Assembly: GCF_028641065.1 (NCBI RefSeq)
Contig: NC_073391.1
Location: 36,456,001-36,520,000 of the forward strand
Direction of reading: 5' to 3'
DNA length: 64,000 nucleotides
DNA from: Leucoraja erinacea
Taxonomy: Eukaryota
The notes under the pieces were generated by a model. The model did not search any database. It was not told the DNA's origin and worked only from the letters and a program-made list of their open reading frames with translations. Positions 52,601 to 64,000 of this stretch are shown in pieces (position 1 is the stretch's first letter; each line of letters opens with the position of its first letter). Both the position numbers and the translations under genes were made by a program.

Positions 52601-55600
52601 GAGAGAGAGGAAAAGCAAGGGTTACGAAGTTAGAGAAGTCAATGTTAATACTGCTGGGGTGTAAGCAAAATGCAGTATTGGTGCTGTTCCCCCAATTTGC
52701 GCTGGGCCTCACTCTGACAATGGAGGAGGTCCAGGGCAGAAAGGTCAGTGTGGGAATGGGAGTGGGAGTTAGTGTTTAGCAACCGGGAGATCAGATAGAT
52801 TTAGGCGGACTGAGCGGAGGTGTTCAGCGAAACGATCTCCAACCCAGCGCTTATGTGGACGTATTATTGGCCGAACCTCGCACATCTCCATGCGTTGTTC
52901 CATTGTTTCTTCAATCTCTCCTGTCCAGCATTCTATCACAGTTCTTCCCTGGTATTCTCTCTCCCCCAAAACCTATACTGGATTAAAAAAAATGTTTTTG
53001 CTTTATCTTTCACTGGCTCCAATGAAATGTCATTGAAACATTTCTCTCTCCAGACTCTGCCAGCCCTGTTTGAATATTTCTAACATTTTTAACATTTATA
53101 TTTCATTTGTTTGCTTGCATTTATGCATGTTTGTCGGAGCACCAGTTTTGAAATTTTGACATTGCCAAGAGAATGGCTGTAGATTTTCTTTGGAGAAAAA
53201 TGCAATGTAAAATGGAGACTAGTAAATAATAAATACCAAATATATAAATAGGCTTACCTTATCTTCCCACCTTCTAGAAAAATCTAATAATATAGGGAAA
53301 TAATTTTCAGAGACCTAAGATTGGGAATACATGTTGGAGTTAAGTCTGAGCTGTGGTTAAACTGCTTTTAATTGAACACATGTTTCAGGGAAATTATACA
53401 TTCCACAGGGTGGCACGGTGGCGCAGTGGTAGAGTTGCTGCCTTACAGTTCTTGCAGCACTGGAGACCCGGGTTCGATCCCGACTACGGGTGCTGTCTGT
53501 ACGGAGTTTGTACGTTCTCCCAGTTTTTCTCAGATCTTCGGTCTCCTCACACACTCCAAAGACGCAAAGGTTTGTAGGTTCATTGGCTTGATACAAGTTT
53601 AAATTGTCCCTAGTGTGTGTAGGATAGTGTCAGTGTGCAGGGATCACTGGTCGGTGGGTCGAAGGGCCTGTTTCCGCGCTGTGTCTCTAAACTAAACTAG
53701 ACTACTCCTTTGAACATTACTACCATGCCTGGTGAAGTTAACAAAAACATTTCCAAAATGGTGAAAGGAACATGAAGCCACCCTTATTGCAGATTCTGAA
53801 GGTGAATCAGCACAGCTGATGAAGATTAGTAAATGCAATGCTGAGTCATGAAAGATGGTCCCCGACCAGTCTGTGGTCAGTGCCAGAGAAACAAGCACCA
53901 CACAGAACAATCAATGAAGGCAGTTTTATTCACCTCAGGATCCCTGGGCGACGATAGAAAAATTGCCTTTCTACTCCAATGAGTTATCCAGCAATGAGTA
54001 TAGAGGGAAGTCTGAAACATAGAAACATAGAAAATAGGTGCAGGAGTAGGCCATTCGGCCCTTTGAGCCTGCACTGCCATTCAATATGATCATGACTGAT
54101 CATCCAACTCAGTATCCTGTACCTGCCTTCTCTTCATACCCCCTGATCCCTTTAGCCACAAGGGCCACATCTAACTCCCTCTTAAATACAGCAAGGGTCT
54201 CGAACCGAAACTTCACCCATTTCATCTCTCCAGATATGCTGCCTGTCCCGCTGAGTTACTGCAGCATATTGTGTCTATCTTCAGTTATAGAGGTGAAGAT
54301 CTGGGCCACTGCTGTAAATCCAGATAACCATGGCGTGAATCAATACTTTGGTACTTGTTACTAAGTTCAAAGGCAATTTTCTGGACTGCTAATGTGATGT
54401 AGAACCCAAGAGAGTGTAAGTCAATGTTTACAGATGTGTGAACTTTGGAGTCTAATATACATACCCTTACACGTACAAAATGTTCTTTCTTGTCTTTCTT
54501 TATTATTTATACTAATCTGGATTTGTAGTTCAGTTATGTGACTGGAAAAGAAATGCAGGATGTCGTCAGCTAGGCATCTCATCCCTTTGTGCAGGTGATT
54601 AGCTTGGTATCAGAGATTCATTTTCTGACCCAGGCATGTGTGGGCAGTGTAAAGCCAGTGAGACATCTTTCACCGTCTCTCATAGATTGCTGATCACACC
54701 AGCTGATCCCTATGGATTGAAGGTCAAGTATACAAATTCTTCAGCTTTTCATTATAACGTGGAAAGTAATGTATTTGGTTCTGGATCATTTACATTCTTT
54801 GGTCTCCCATCTCAGTTGAGTTTGATTTGCTTTCTGACAGTGTACTACATGAAAGGGAAGATGGAAGGCCTGGAGAATGTATGAATTAATACCAAGCTGC
54901 TTGTCTCTTGAAAATCCTAACATGTAAATTGAGTCTTTGGGCAAAATGTGCGCATTGAACATCAGAGCAGGAAAAAGCCACCATTGTCTCCCCAAGGCAA
55001 TGACAAATTATAAATGTTGCCATTGTAACAACATAAGCAGATCTAATTATTAAAGAGTTCTGATTGAACTTTCTGATGAACCATCTCATTTGAAGTCAGC
55101 TCTTTAATTGCCAAAGATATTGTGTACAATGTTGTGAGAAAATAATTGTGTGCGATTGGTGGTTATTGTTATGAATACACAAATCTACCCTGTGAATTAT
55201 GAATGGCAGCGCACTTAACTTGCAATGTCTTAGTTTTTGTGCAAATGGCATCTTCTGCATCAGTTTCTAGTGACTTTTGTGAAGTTACTGCACTAGGACA
55301 TTACTTGTCCTTTAAATTACCTGAGAAAGTTAAGGCTGGTAAATTAATAACCAGTCGCTAGAAATGTTCTTGCTCCGGAACTAAACAATTCAAAAATGTT
55401 GAATTATTTCTGAAATTTAAAAGCAGGGAATTTAAAATAAATTTATGTTCTGACTTTCCTTCTTGGTTCTCTCTTCATTCAGCTGGCTTGACAATGAATT
55501 CACAAATTCTAATCAACGTTCTTCTCATTGCTTACCCTGTTTATTTTTCATTCTTTTGATCTCAGTTTAGTGTGACACGGATCATAAAATTCAGTAATGT

Positions 55601-56088
55601 CATCCTTTTGTTTTGCTGCACAGTGGATGGTGAATAGTTTCCAACATAGCCTCTAACATGAGCATACACATTGCTGGCAGGCTTTTGTGGTGGCAAACAT
55701 ACTGCTGAGGGTTTGATATTGGCACAATAAGGTTACCAGTTCATCCTTCAGCCAACACAAGCTGTTAACCTTGCGCATCTGAACCACAACAGAATAGAGC
55801 ACAAACCAATTTTATTTGAAGAGACTGTCACTGCGGTACAGTGGCGCAAGGGTAGAGTTCCTGCCTTACAGCACCAGAGGCCCGGGTTCGATCCTGACTA
55901 CGGGTGCTGCCTGTATGGAGTTTGGACATTCTCCCTGTGATCGCCTGGGTTTTTCCGGGAGCTCCGTTTTTCTCCCACGTTCCAATAATGTGTGGTTTCT
56001 AGGTTGTTTGACCTATGTAAATTGGCCCTCGCGTATAAGCTGCGAAACTGGGATAATGTAGCACAAGTGTACGGGTGATCGATGGTCA

Positions 56089-56180
56089 GTCTGAAGAAGA
56101 GTCTCGACCAGAAACGTGACCCTTTCCTTCTCTCCAGAGATGCTGCCTATCCCGCTGAGTTACTCCAGCATTTTGTGTCT
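56089..56180 (+). ncRNA. Penelope-derived minimal hammerhead ribozyme mini-insertion
   Basis: CTGAAGA-stemII-GAAAC core; 14-bp TSD gtgatc(g/a)atggtca; inserted into a SINE. Confidence 0.7.
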
Positions 56181-56459
56181 GTGATCAATGGTCAACGTGG
56201 ACTCGGTGGACCGAAGGACTTATTTCCATGCTATAGTTTTAAATTAAACTAAAGTAAACTGCTGATAGATTTCTATCAACTAGATTACAATCATTTTGCA
56301 ATAATTTTCTAGAATTCTTTAAATTTGATACAGTGAATTGGAAGTATTACGTAAAATGGTGAACGGCCTTTTCCTGACTTTAATGCTTTTGCACAATCTA
56401 TTATTGAGAAGCATTTGAGGGTTTTTCACCAAAATCAATAGGACTGAGAGAGTGAGGAA

Positions 56460-57450
56460 GAGTCGAAAGTCAAGAGTGTTTAATTATCATATGTACCGAA
56501 AACAAAACGATGACATTCTTACTTACAGCAGCATAACAGGTCTGTAAACACAATACTTATAGCTAACACAATAAAAAAAAAAAAGTTCAATAAATTAAAA
56601 AAAAAAAGCAGTATTAGTGCAAAACAAAACCCCAGTCCCATGTGCAACCGAGACAGTTCATAGTTTGTTGTTTAGTTGGAATTTGTTGTGTTCAAGTCGA
56701 GAGCCTGATGGTTGTTGGGCAGAAGCTAGACCTGAACCTGGATGACTGATTTCAGACTCCTATACCCTCTTCATGACGGCAGGAGTGAAATGAGAGCTTG
56801 GCCAGGATGGTCTTTGATGCTGCTGGATCTCTTCAATGGCTGTGAGGTCACGTACCCAATGATCGGGCAATGTTCACCACTTTTTGTAATCTTCTTTGTT
56901 CCTGGGCATTTGACTTGCCAAACTAGGCCGTGATACAACCCAGTCAATATGCTCGCTACCATATACCTGTCGAAGTTTAAGAGAGTATTCGCCAACATAC
57001 AGAATCTCCTCATTCTTCTAAGGAAGTAAACGTGTTTGTGGACTTCCTTTATGATTGCATCATATGCTGAAGACAGATCTTCAGAGATGTGGACTCCCAG
57101 AAACTTGAAGTTGTTGACTCTCTCCACCGTCGATCCATCAATGAATTCAGGTTCGTGGATCCTCGACCTTCCTCTCCTAAAGTCAACAATCAGCTCCTCG
57201 GTCTTACTGACGTCGAAAGCAAGGTTGCTATTCTGGCATCATTCAAGGAGCCGATCGATCTCCTCCTATAGTCTGACTCATTTTTACTCATAATTCATCC
57301 AACAACGATGGTATCGTCAGTGAATTTAAAGATGGAGTTGGAACTGTGTCCGGCTACACAGTCGTAGGTATAGAATGAGTAAAGCAGGGAACTGAGCACG
57401 CAGCCTTGAAGTGCCCCGTGCTGATGGTTATGGAGGAGTGTTATTGCTAG
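56460..57450 (-). mobile_element. Rex1/Babar-like LINE 3' portion
   Basis: GALQGCVLSSLLYSFYTYDC...FKFTDDTIVVG and VNNFKFLGVHISEDL...YFLRRMRRF. Related pieces at 2725-3090(-), 38075-38455(-), 44655-44935(+) and 60075-60660(-). Confidence 0.8.
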
Positions 57451-60153
57451 AGCAGGAATTGCTGTAGCCTTGGCTGAGATATACAATATGAATCATCATT
57501 TGACATGGATGAGGTGCCAGGAGACTGGAGGGTGGCTAATGTTGTACTATTTAAGAAAGGCTGCAAACAAAAACCTGGGAACTATTGAGCAGTAAGATTA
57601 ACATCTCTGGTAGAAATGTTACTGGAGAGAATTCTGATGGATAACATATATGTGCATTTAGAAAGGTGGGCTGATTAGTGATAGTTAGCGTGGTTTTGGG
57701 TGAGGCAGATTGTGTCTCAGGAATCTGAATGCGTTTTTTGAAGAAGTAACCAAGAAGGTTGTTGAGGGCAGGGTCAAAGTCATAGACCATATGGACATTC
57801 GTGAGACCTTTGATAAGCTTCCATATTAGGCTGCTCTGGAAATTTAGTTTGCATTGGATCTAAAGACACAATGGCAGAGCTGGTTGAGCTGTTGCCTCAC
57901 AGCTCCAGTGACCTGGGTGTAATCTTGACCTCGGGTGCTGTCTGTGTTGAGTTTGCATGTTCTCTATGTGACTGCATGGCTTTCCTCGGAGTGCTCGGGT
58001 TTCCTCCCACATCCGAAAAATTTGCGAGTTGGTATGTTAATTGGCCTCTGAATTGCCCATAGTGCATAGGGAATGAATGACAAAGTGCGATAACTTAGAA
58101 CTAGGGTGAATGGGTAAATAATAGTAGATGTGTGGACTTGAGGAACCAAACAGCCTGTTTCCATGATATATCTTTCAATCAAACAACTGGATTCAAAATT
58201 GGTTTCATAGTAGGGGTGGTAGTGTTTTTTGGATTCGGGACTTGTGACTAGTGGTGTGCCTCTGGGATTAGGACTGGGTTCATTGCCGTCATCTATAATG
58301 ACAATTTTGATGAGAATATACATCCTTAATTAAGCTGGAAAGAGTGAAGAGAGAATTAGATGGATATGGGCCAATTGGGACTAGATAAGAAGGGGTAATG
58401 GGGTCAGCATGGACGAATTGGGCTGAAGGTCCATGTTTCCATCCTGCATGACTTTGTGATTAGCGAGTTTGCAGATGACACTAAAATAAGTGGTATTGTA
58501 GACAGTGAAGATGGTTATCAAGAATTACAGCTGGATCTTCGTCAGCTGGACAAGTGGGCTGAGCTAAATGTGAGGTGCATTTCGGAGATTAATTTAGACA
58601 AGTGTGTGATGTATTCTCCAGAGCAGGTCATACCCAGTGAATGGTAGGGTCCAGGGAGGTATTGTCGAACAGAGGGATCTAGGACTACAAATGCAGAGTT
58701 CCCTAGAAGTGATGTTGCAGAGAGAGAGAGAGAGAGAGATAGAATGAAAAGAAGGCTTTAGGCACAGTGGTTTTCATTAATCAGGCTCTTGAGTATCGAA
58801 GTTGAGACGGTGTGTTATAGTTGATAATGTTACACATTGTGTTAAATTGGAAAAGCTGCAGAGGAGATTTAGGAGGATGTTGACAAGGCTCAAGGACCTG
58901 ACCTACAGGGAGAGGTTGGGCAGGCGAGGACCACTTTACAGAACAGGAGGCTGAGAAGTGATCTAATGGGAGGTGTATAAATCATCAGGGGAATAGATAA
59001 GGTGAATGCAATTTATCCTGTCTTTTCCCCACGGCAGGACAATAATAACTACAGGGTATATGTTTAACGTGAAAGGGGAGGGGATTTCATCGGATTCTCT
59101 GAGCAACTTTGGTAGGTAGACGGAACGAGCTATTAGATGGTCATTGAGAGAGAAACAACAACAACATTTAGGCATTTGGGCAGCTCCATGGATCGGAAAG
59201 GTTTTAAGTGATATGGGCCAGCAAATTAGTTTAATTTAAAGATAGAGCATGGAAACAGGCCCTTTGGCCCATGGAGTCCATGCTGACTGTCAATCACCCA
59301 TTCACATTAGTTCTACGTTATCCCACTTTTTCATCCACTCCCTTCATAATGGGGGACAATCAACGTTTAAAACTGGAGTACCCGTAGATAACTCACGTGG
59401 TAACAGAGAGAACTCCACACAGATAGCATTGGAGGTTACCAGCTTGAAAGGGGCATCTGAATCGGCATGAATGAGTTTTGACAAAAGGCCATTTTCCGTG
59501 CTGTTTGACTTGATTACCTGCAACCTCAGGGTAGGGTACGTGCTTCATTGTCAGTGGCTGAATAAATCACTGCAACTTTTGTCTGAGGATCCTTCCAGAC
59601 TGGTAATATTTGTGAAAACCCATGGCTTTCCATTCACTAGAGCACTGATGTTCTCTTATTAAAGACATTACAGTTTTCTTGATGGTTAATTTGATCATTT
59701 ACTCCTGGTGTGTAAGCGAATGTTAGAATTTGAAAGCAGTTGATGGGAATATGGGAAGGGTAGATTAGGTTCGGTTAGTTCTGCGTATAGATGTGTGTTT
59801 GATGGTCAATGCAGACTCAGTGGGCCAAGACGTGTGCTGTATTTCACTGTAAATTTTTGAGCACCAGGTGGAGCTATCATGTGGTTTTGCAGAAATACCA
59901 GGCCCTCACTGGTGCAGTGGGCCATTGATTGTAAGCTCACCACTATGCAGGCACCACATGTCAACCTCCAGATGTACTAGAATTGAGAGCGTCTCTGCCA
60001 GTGTATGCTTAAAGTAACCAAATTATTTAAGTTACTTATCTGGGTTTTTATTTAGGCAGCGGTTCTGAGATGTTCAGTTTAGTTTATTGTCACGTGTACC
60101 GAGGTACAGTGAGAAGTTTTTTGTTACGTGCTAACCAGTCAGCAGAAAGACAA

Positions 60154-60250
60154 GGGTTTCTGAAAAGGGTTTCGGCCTGAAACTTCGCCTATTTCCTTCG
60201 CTCCATAGATGCTGCTGCACCCGCTGAGTTTCTCCAGCATTTTTGTGTAC
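60154..60250 (+). ncRNA. Penelope-derived hammerhead mini-insertion (second subfamily, degenerate core)
   Basis: ctgaaaagggtttcggcctgaaac; perfect 14-bp TSD cagcagaaagacaa. Confidence 0.65.
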
Positions 60251-62365
60251 CAGCAGAAAGACAATACGTGCTTACAACCAATCCATTGACAGTGTATAGA
60301 TACATGATAAGGGAATAACGTTTAGTGTAGGGTAAAGCCAACAAAGTCCAGTGAAGGATAGTCTGAGTGACATCAGAGGTAGATAGTAGTTCATCACTGC
60401 TCTCTGGTTGTGGTGGGATGATACAGTTGCCTGATAACAGCTCGGGAAAAACCTGTCCCTGAATCTGGTGGTGTACATTCTGGGCATTGATGACTCAAAT
60501 GTTGATGGCAAAGAGTGGTTTATCCATCACACCACAACAACTGCTCCAGCCATCTATTGGTCATTTAGTTTAGTTTAGTTTATTGTCACGTGTACCAAGG
60601 TACAGTGGAAAGCTTTTTGTTGTGTGCCAGCCAGTCAGCAGAAAGACTATACATGATTACATAATTACATTCGATTTGAAGCAAATGAGAAAATCTTGTT
60701 CTCTTGTGTTGGTGGATCAGTCAATACAATACAATACAATACAATACAATTTATTTGTCACTTGAACCTCATAGAGGCTCAAGTGAAATGTTGTTTCTGC
60801 AGTCATACATACAAGAAAAAAAAGACCCAAGACACAACACAATTTACACAGACATCCATCACAGCACATCTCCACCTCGCTGTGATGGAAGGCAAAAAAA
60901 AAGTATCTGTCCCCTGCACTTCCCTCTCCCCCCGATGTCAGAGTCAAAGTCAGAGCCCCCGGCGGGCGATAACAATTGTCCCGCGGCCATTAACGCCGCG
61001 CCGGGTGATGCAAGGCCGCGCTCCGGGTCTTGGATTTAAGTTCTGGGTGAGAAGTTGCCTCCTAACAGTCACTTTGTCGTGTCAATGTAGTCACATGGAG
61101 TAGAAACAAGGAACTACAGATGCTGGTTTACTAATAAAGACACAAAGTGCTAGAATGACACAGCAGGTCAGGCAACATCTCTGGAGAACGTGGACAGGTG
61201 ATATTTCGGGTCAGGGCCCTTCTTCAGACTAACAAGGAGACCAGCTTTCTACTGGGGACTCACTTTGTTACCTTCTCCCAGCTAACAATGATCTATTCTA
61301 CATTTTCCTTGATCGGCATTCCCTTTGCCCTGTTTTCACACTTCACACTTCCTTATCTATGTATCTCCCTCTCTCCTGACATCAGTCTGAATAAGAGTCT
61401 CGACCCCGAAACATCACCCATTCCTTCTCTCCAGAGATGCTGCCTGTCCCGCTGAGTTTCTTCAGCTTCTTGTGTCTATCTTCAATGGGAATTGTAGACC
61501 TGCAGATTAGGAGGCAGTGGGGAGGGTAAATATTTTACCTTAGTTTAATGTTGCCTGGGAACTATTAAAAAAATATATTAAACTGCCTCACAGTGTGAAC
61601 AAATCTCTGCTCTATTGTTGCGAACAGTCCAGGTCTGTCGAGATGTTCTGAGAATGGGGCCTGTATTGTGCTGAAGCCTTGTTGACCTACTCCAAGACTG
61701 ATCCGGCGCACCCAGACCTGCCAAATGGGTATGCCAGGACTCATGGAGATCTGCTGCAGCTACACATCTTCAGCATTAGGTGGACCCAGTCTCTACCACA
61801 GGGAATAGTTGCCAAGCAGGGCGAGGGAGGTGGGAAGGGTGCCAGTACAGACTGGTGGCCATGGCATCAGGTTTTCATTAGTTGTACTATCCTTGCACAT
61901 TAAGTTTAAATATTCTCCTGTAATCGCTGTGTTTAGTGGTTCAGGGGAGCATGGTAATATTGAAGGTGATTTATAAATATAGATGGAGCTTGCAGTTCTT
62001 GTTGTTATTTGTTTTATTAAATACACACTAAATTAATGATTTCACACCACAGCCCAATTTCACTAACCAAATGCTAACTATTAAGCACAGTCCAGTATTA
62101 ACTATGCACTGAGCTAATTATTTTATGTTTCATGTTGCCACAAAGGAGGCCATTCGTTCCATTGATCTATGCAGACTTTGAAAGCAAACCCCACTTCCCT
62201 TCCTGCAACTCAAACTTGCCCTTTAAACCTGCCCTTAATTCTCCCCCCCAGCTACATACACCAGGGGTAAGTAAGTGACAATAGCTAATTCATCTATCAA
62301 CCAGCAAACTTTTGGGAAGAAACTGGAGCTCCCAAGGGAAACATACAAGGAGAATGTGAAACTTA

Positions 62366-62549
62366 AGGGCCAGTCCCACTTGGGTGTCATTTGCGCGTCA
62401 CGCAGGTAGATTTTGTTAACCTCAAAATCCTGGGGCGCCGCGCGCATCACTTCCTACACCACCACGTGCCTTGCGAGCGTTGTGCGTCGTGACGCGTAAA
62501 TGATGTCGCGTAAATGACGCGCAAATGACGCCCAGGTGGGACAGGCCCT
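62366..62549. mobile_element. Harbinger-type MITE (184 bp) inserted in a SINE
   Basis: TIRs AGGGCCAGTCCCACTTGGGTGTCATTTGCGCGTCA / TGACGCGCAAATGACGCCCAGGTGGGACAGGCCCT and TTA TSD; same terminal motif as 23196. Confidence 0.88.
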
Positions 62550-62552
62550 TTA

Positions 62553-62645
62553 ACACATACACAAATACAAACAGACACACACACACACACAGACACACAC
62601 ACACACAGACAACCCACACACACACACAGAACACAGAAACAGACG
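62553..62645. repeat. Imperfect (CA)n microsatellite
   Basis: Directly visible. Confidence 0.9.
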
Positions 62646-62977
62646 CTTGGATCAAACCCCAGTTGTCACAGTTGTGAGGCAGCTGCATTACCTGACTTGA
62701 TACTACACAATCCTGCTCATGAGTTATTTCACTTGTAGACAACCACTAACTACAAGTCCTTGCGCCTGCGTTTCCTGGTCCCCACCTGCCTGCATTGACA
62801 TTTCCTCAATGTGCAGAGCAGAGCAAGCCGATCCTACTCACCCACCCAGCTCAGGGCCGACACAGGATCTTGTACATGTGCAAGGTCTTATAAACGTGGA
62901 TGGTCACATATAAAAAACATTTATAAAATTAATTTACAGAATTTTTAAATTAAAAAATGTCATTAAACATTACAGTA

Positions 62978-64000
62978 CAGGTGCACAACCTTTTATCCGA
63001 CAGCCTTGGGACCAGACACTTTTCGTAATTTGGAATTTGTCGGTCTTCGGAATGGAAATTTTTTAGCGTAGATTTTAATGGCTGGCTCAGTGGTAGAGTG
63101 CTCGGCTCATATCCGCAAGGTCGCGAGTTTGCGCCTTGATCCCGGCAGTTCCTCGGTCGCGAGTTTGAGTCTTCAGTGTAGTTTTTTTCTTGCAGAATAA
63201 ATGTCTGTATGAAATGCAGTGTGTTGAATGAGTTCCTGAATTTGTAAATGTGACCGCAGCATTGAATCACCTCCCGCACTCATGTCACCCTAGCGGGGCT
63301 ACATGCCCTAAGGCGGCCTACGGCGACATTTTCACACTCTTATATCCGTGTGCAGCAGAGGCGCCAAACGTGAGCTTTGGTGTGCAGACATCCTGGAAAA
63401 AATGTCTGGTTTCTTCCAGGTAGGCGATATACCCTCCCGCGCAATATACCCTCCACTTCTCTTTTTAGTTCCCCTTTCTTCCAGGACCGACCTGAGGTTC
63501 CGCTGTCACCTCTGCGGGCCACCCTCGGTGAACGCTCACTCAACTTTGTCTTGGGATTCCTACTCTCCCGGTCAATGTACCCTCACCTTCTCTTTTATGA
63601 ATGGGGATTTAGTTCCCCTTTCGTCGAGGACCGACCGGAGGTTCCGCTGTCACCTCTGCGGGCCGCCCTCGGTGAACGTCCTGTTTCCCTGTCCCTGGGA
63701 TAGCAGGGGGCGATCAAACAGCACAATACCCCCCTCCCCCTCCCCCCCACCCCCAACTCCAGAGGAATCCGCTCCCCGATGGGCCGCTACGGCGACAAGT
63801 GGCAGTTCGCCCACAGCCCGAGCTGCGCGACCTCAAGAACAAGACGCACCTTACGCACCATCAGTTTCTGCCCCTCTGGAGTTGGAGCGGGGCTGGGCTG
63901 GAGTTGCTGATCTGGGATCTCCGTGCTTGCAGTGGGCCTGGGGGTCGGTGTCCCGATGAGGGGGCACAGCTCGGGCTGTGGGCGAACTGCCACTTGTCGC
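62978..64000. mobile_element. Second, related Tc1/mariner MITE (right end beyond the window)
   Basis: TA + CAGGTGCACAACCTTTTATCCGACAGCCTTGGGACCAGACAC, nearly identical to the left end at 30598; it also shares the internal segment gcgccaaacg.gagctttggtg.gcagac (63361 vs 31443). Confidence 0.85.
63079..63171 (+). pseudogene. tRNA-Met(CAT)-like sequence embedded in the MITE
   Basis: A-box TGGCTCAGTGG (63083-93), anticodon arm cgg-CTCATAT-ccg with CAT at 63108-10, aaggtcgcgagtt variable/T-arm start; B-box and acceptor stem are degenerate. Confidence 0.5.

Noticed and set aside
63079-63171. Functional tRNA-Met gene
   Set aside because: No intact acceptor stem or GTTCRA T-loop, and it lies within a MITE.
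63348-63959. 203-aa ORF with internal repeat
   Set aside because: It arises from GC-rich MITE interior containing a 71-bp duplication, with no protein similarity evident.
42000-64000. CTNNA3 exons on the + strand
   Set aside because: No frame resembling alpha-catenin (e.g. TRDLRRQLRKA..DHVSDSF) was found by eye or in the ORF track; short exons could be missed.

Overview
Vertebrate genomic DNA, most likely from a cartilaginous fish (skate/ray-type HE1-like SINEs, CR1 tails and Penelope-like elements; taxon is inferred). It holds one real protein-coding gene: LRRTM3 on the minus strand, with a 4-nt coding exon 1 at 41186-41183, a 302-bp intron, and exon 2 at 40880-39334, giving 516 aa ending in the PDZ ligand ECEV. 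The gene sits in a CpG-rich domain, probably inside a large CTNNA3 intron, although no CTNNA3 exon is visible. The rest is intronic DNA dense in transposons: L1, CR1, L2, Rex1-like and Penelope fragments, a Tc1 transposon, Harbinger, hAT and mariner MITEs, and a solo LTR. Most notable: (1) a 3.1-kb hAT-type non-autonomous element carrying a captured TDP2-like UBA exon with its splice donor; (2) several ~90-110-bp TSD-flanked insertions consisting of little more than a minimal hammerhead ribozyme; (3) an old degenerate ~27-bp array with a conserved TAATCC+E-box core; (4) mariner MITEs sharing ends but carrying different cargo, one including a tRNA-Met-like sequence. Repeat boundaries are approximate unless TSDs are given.
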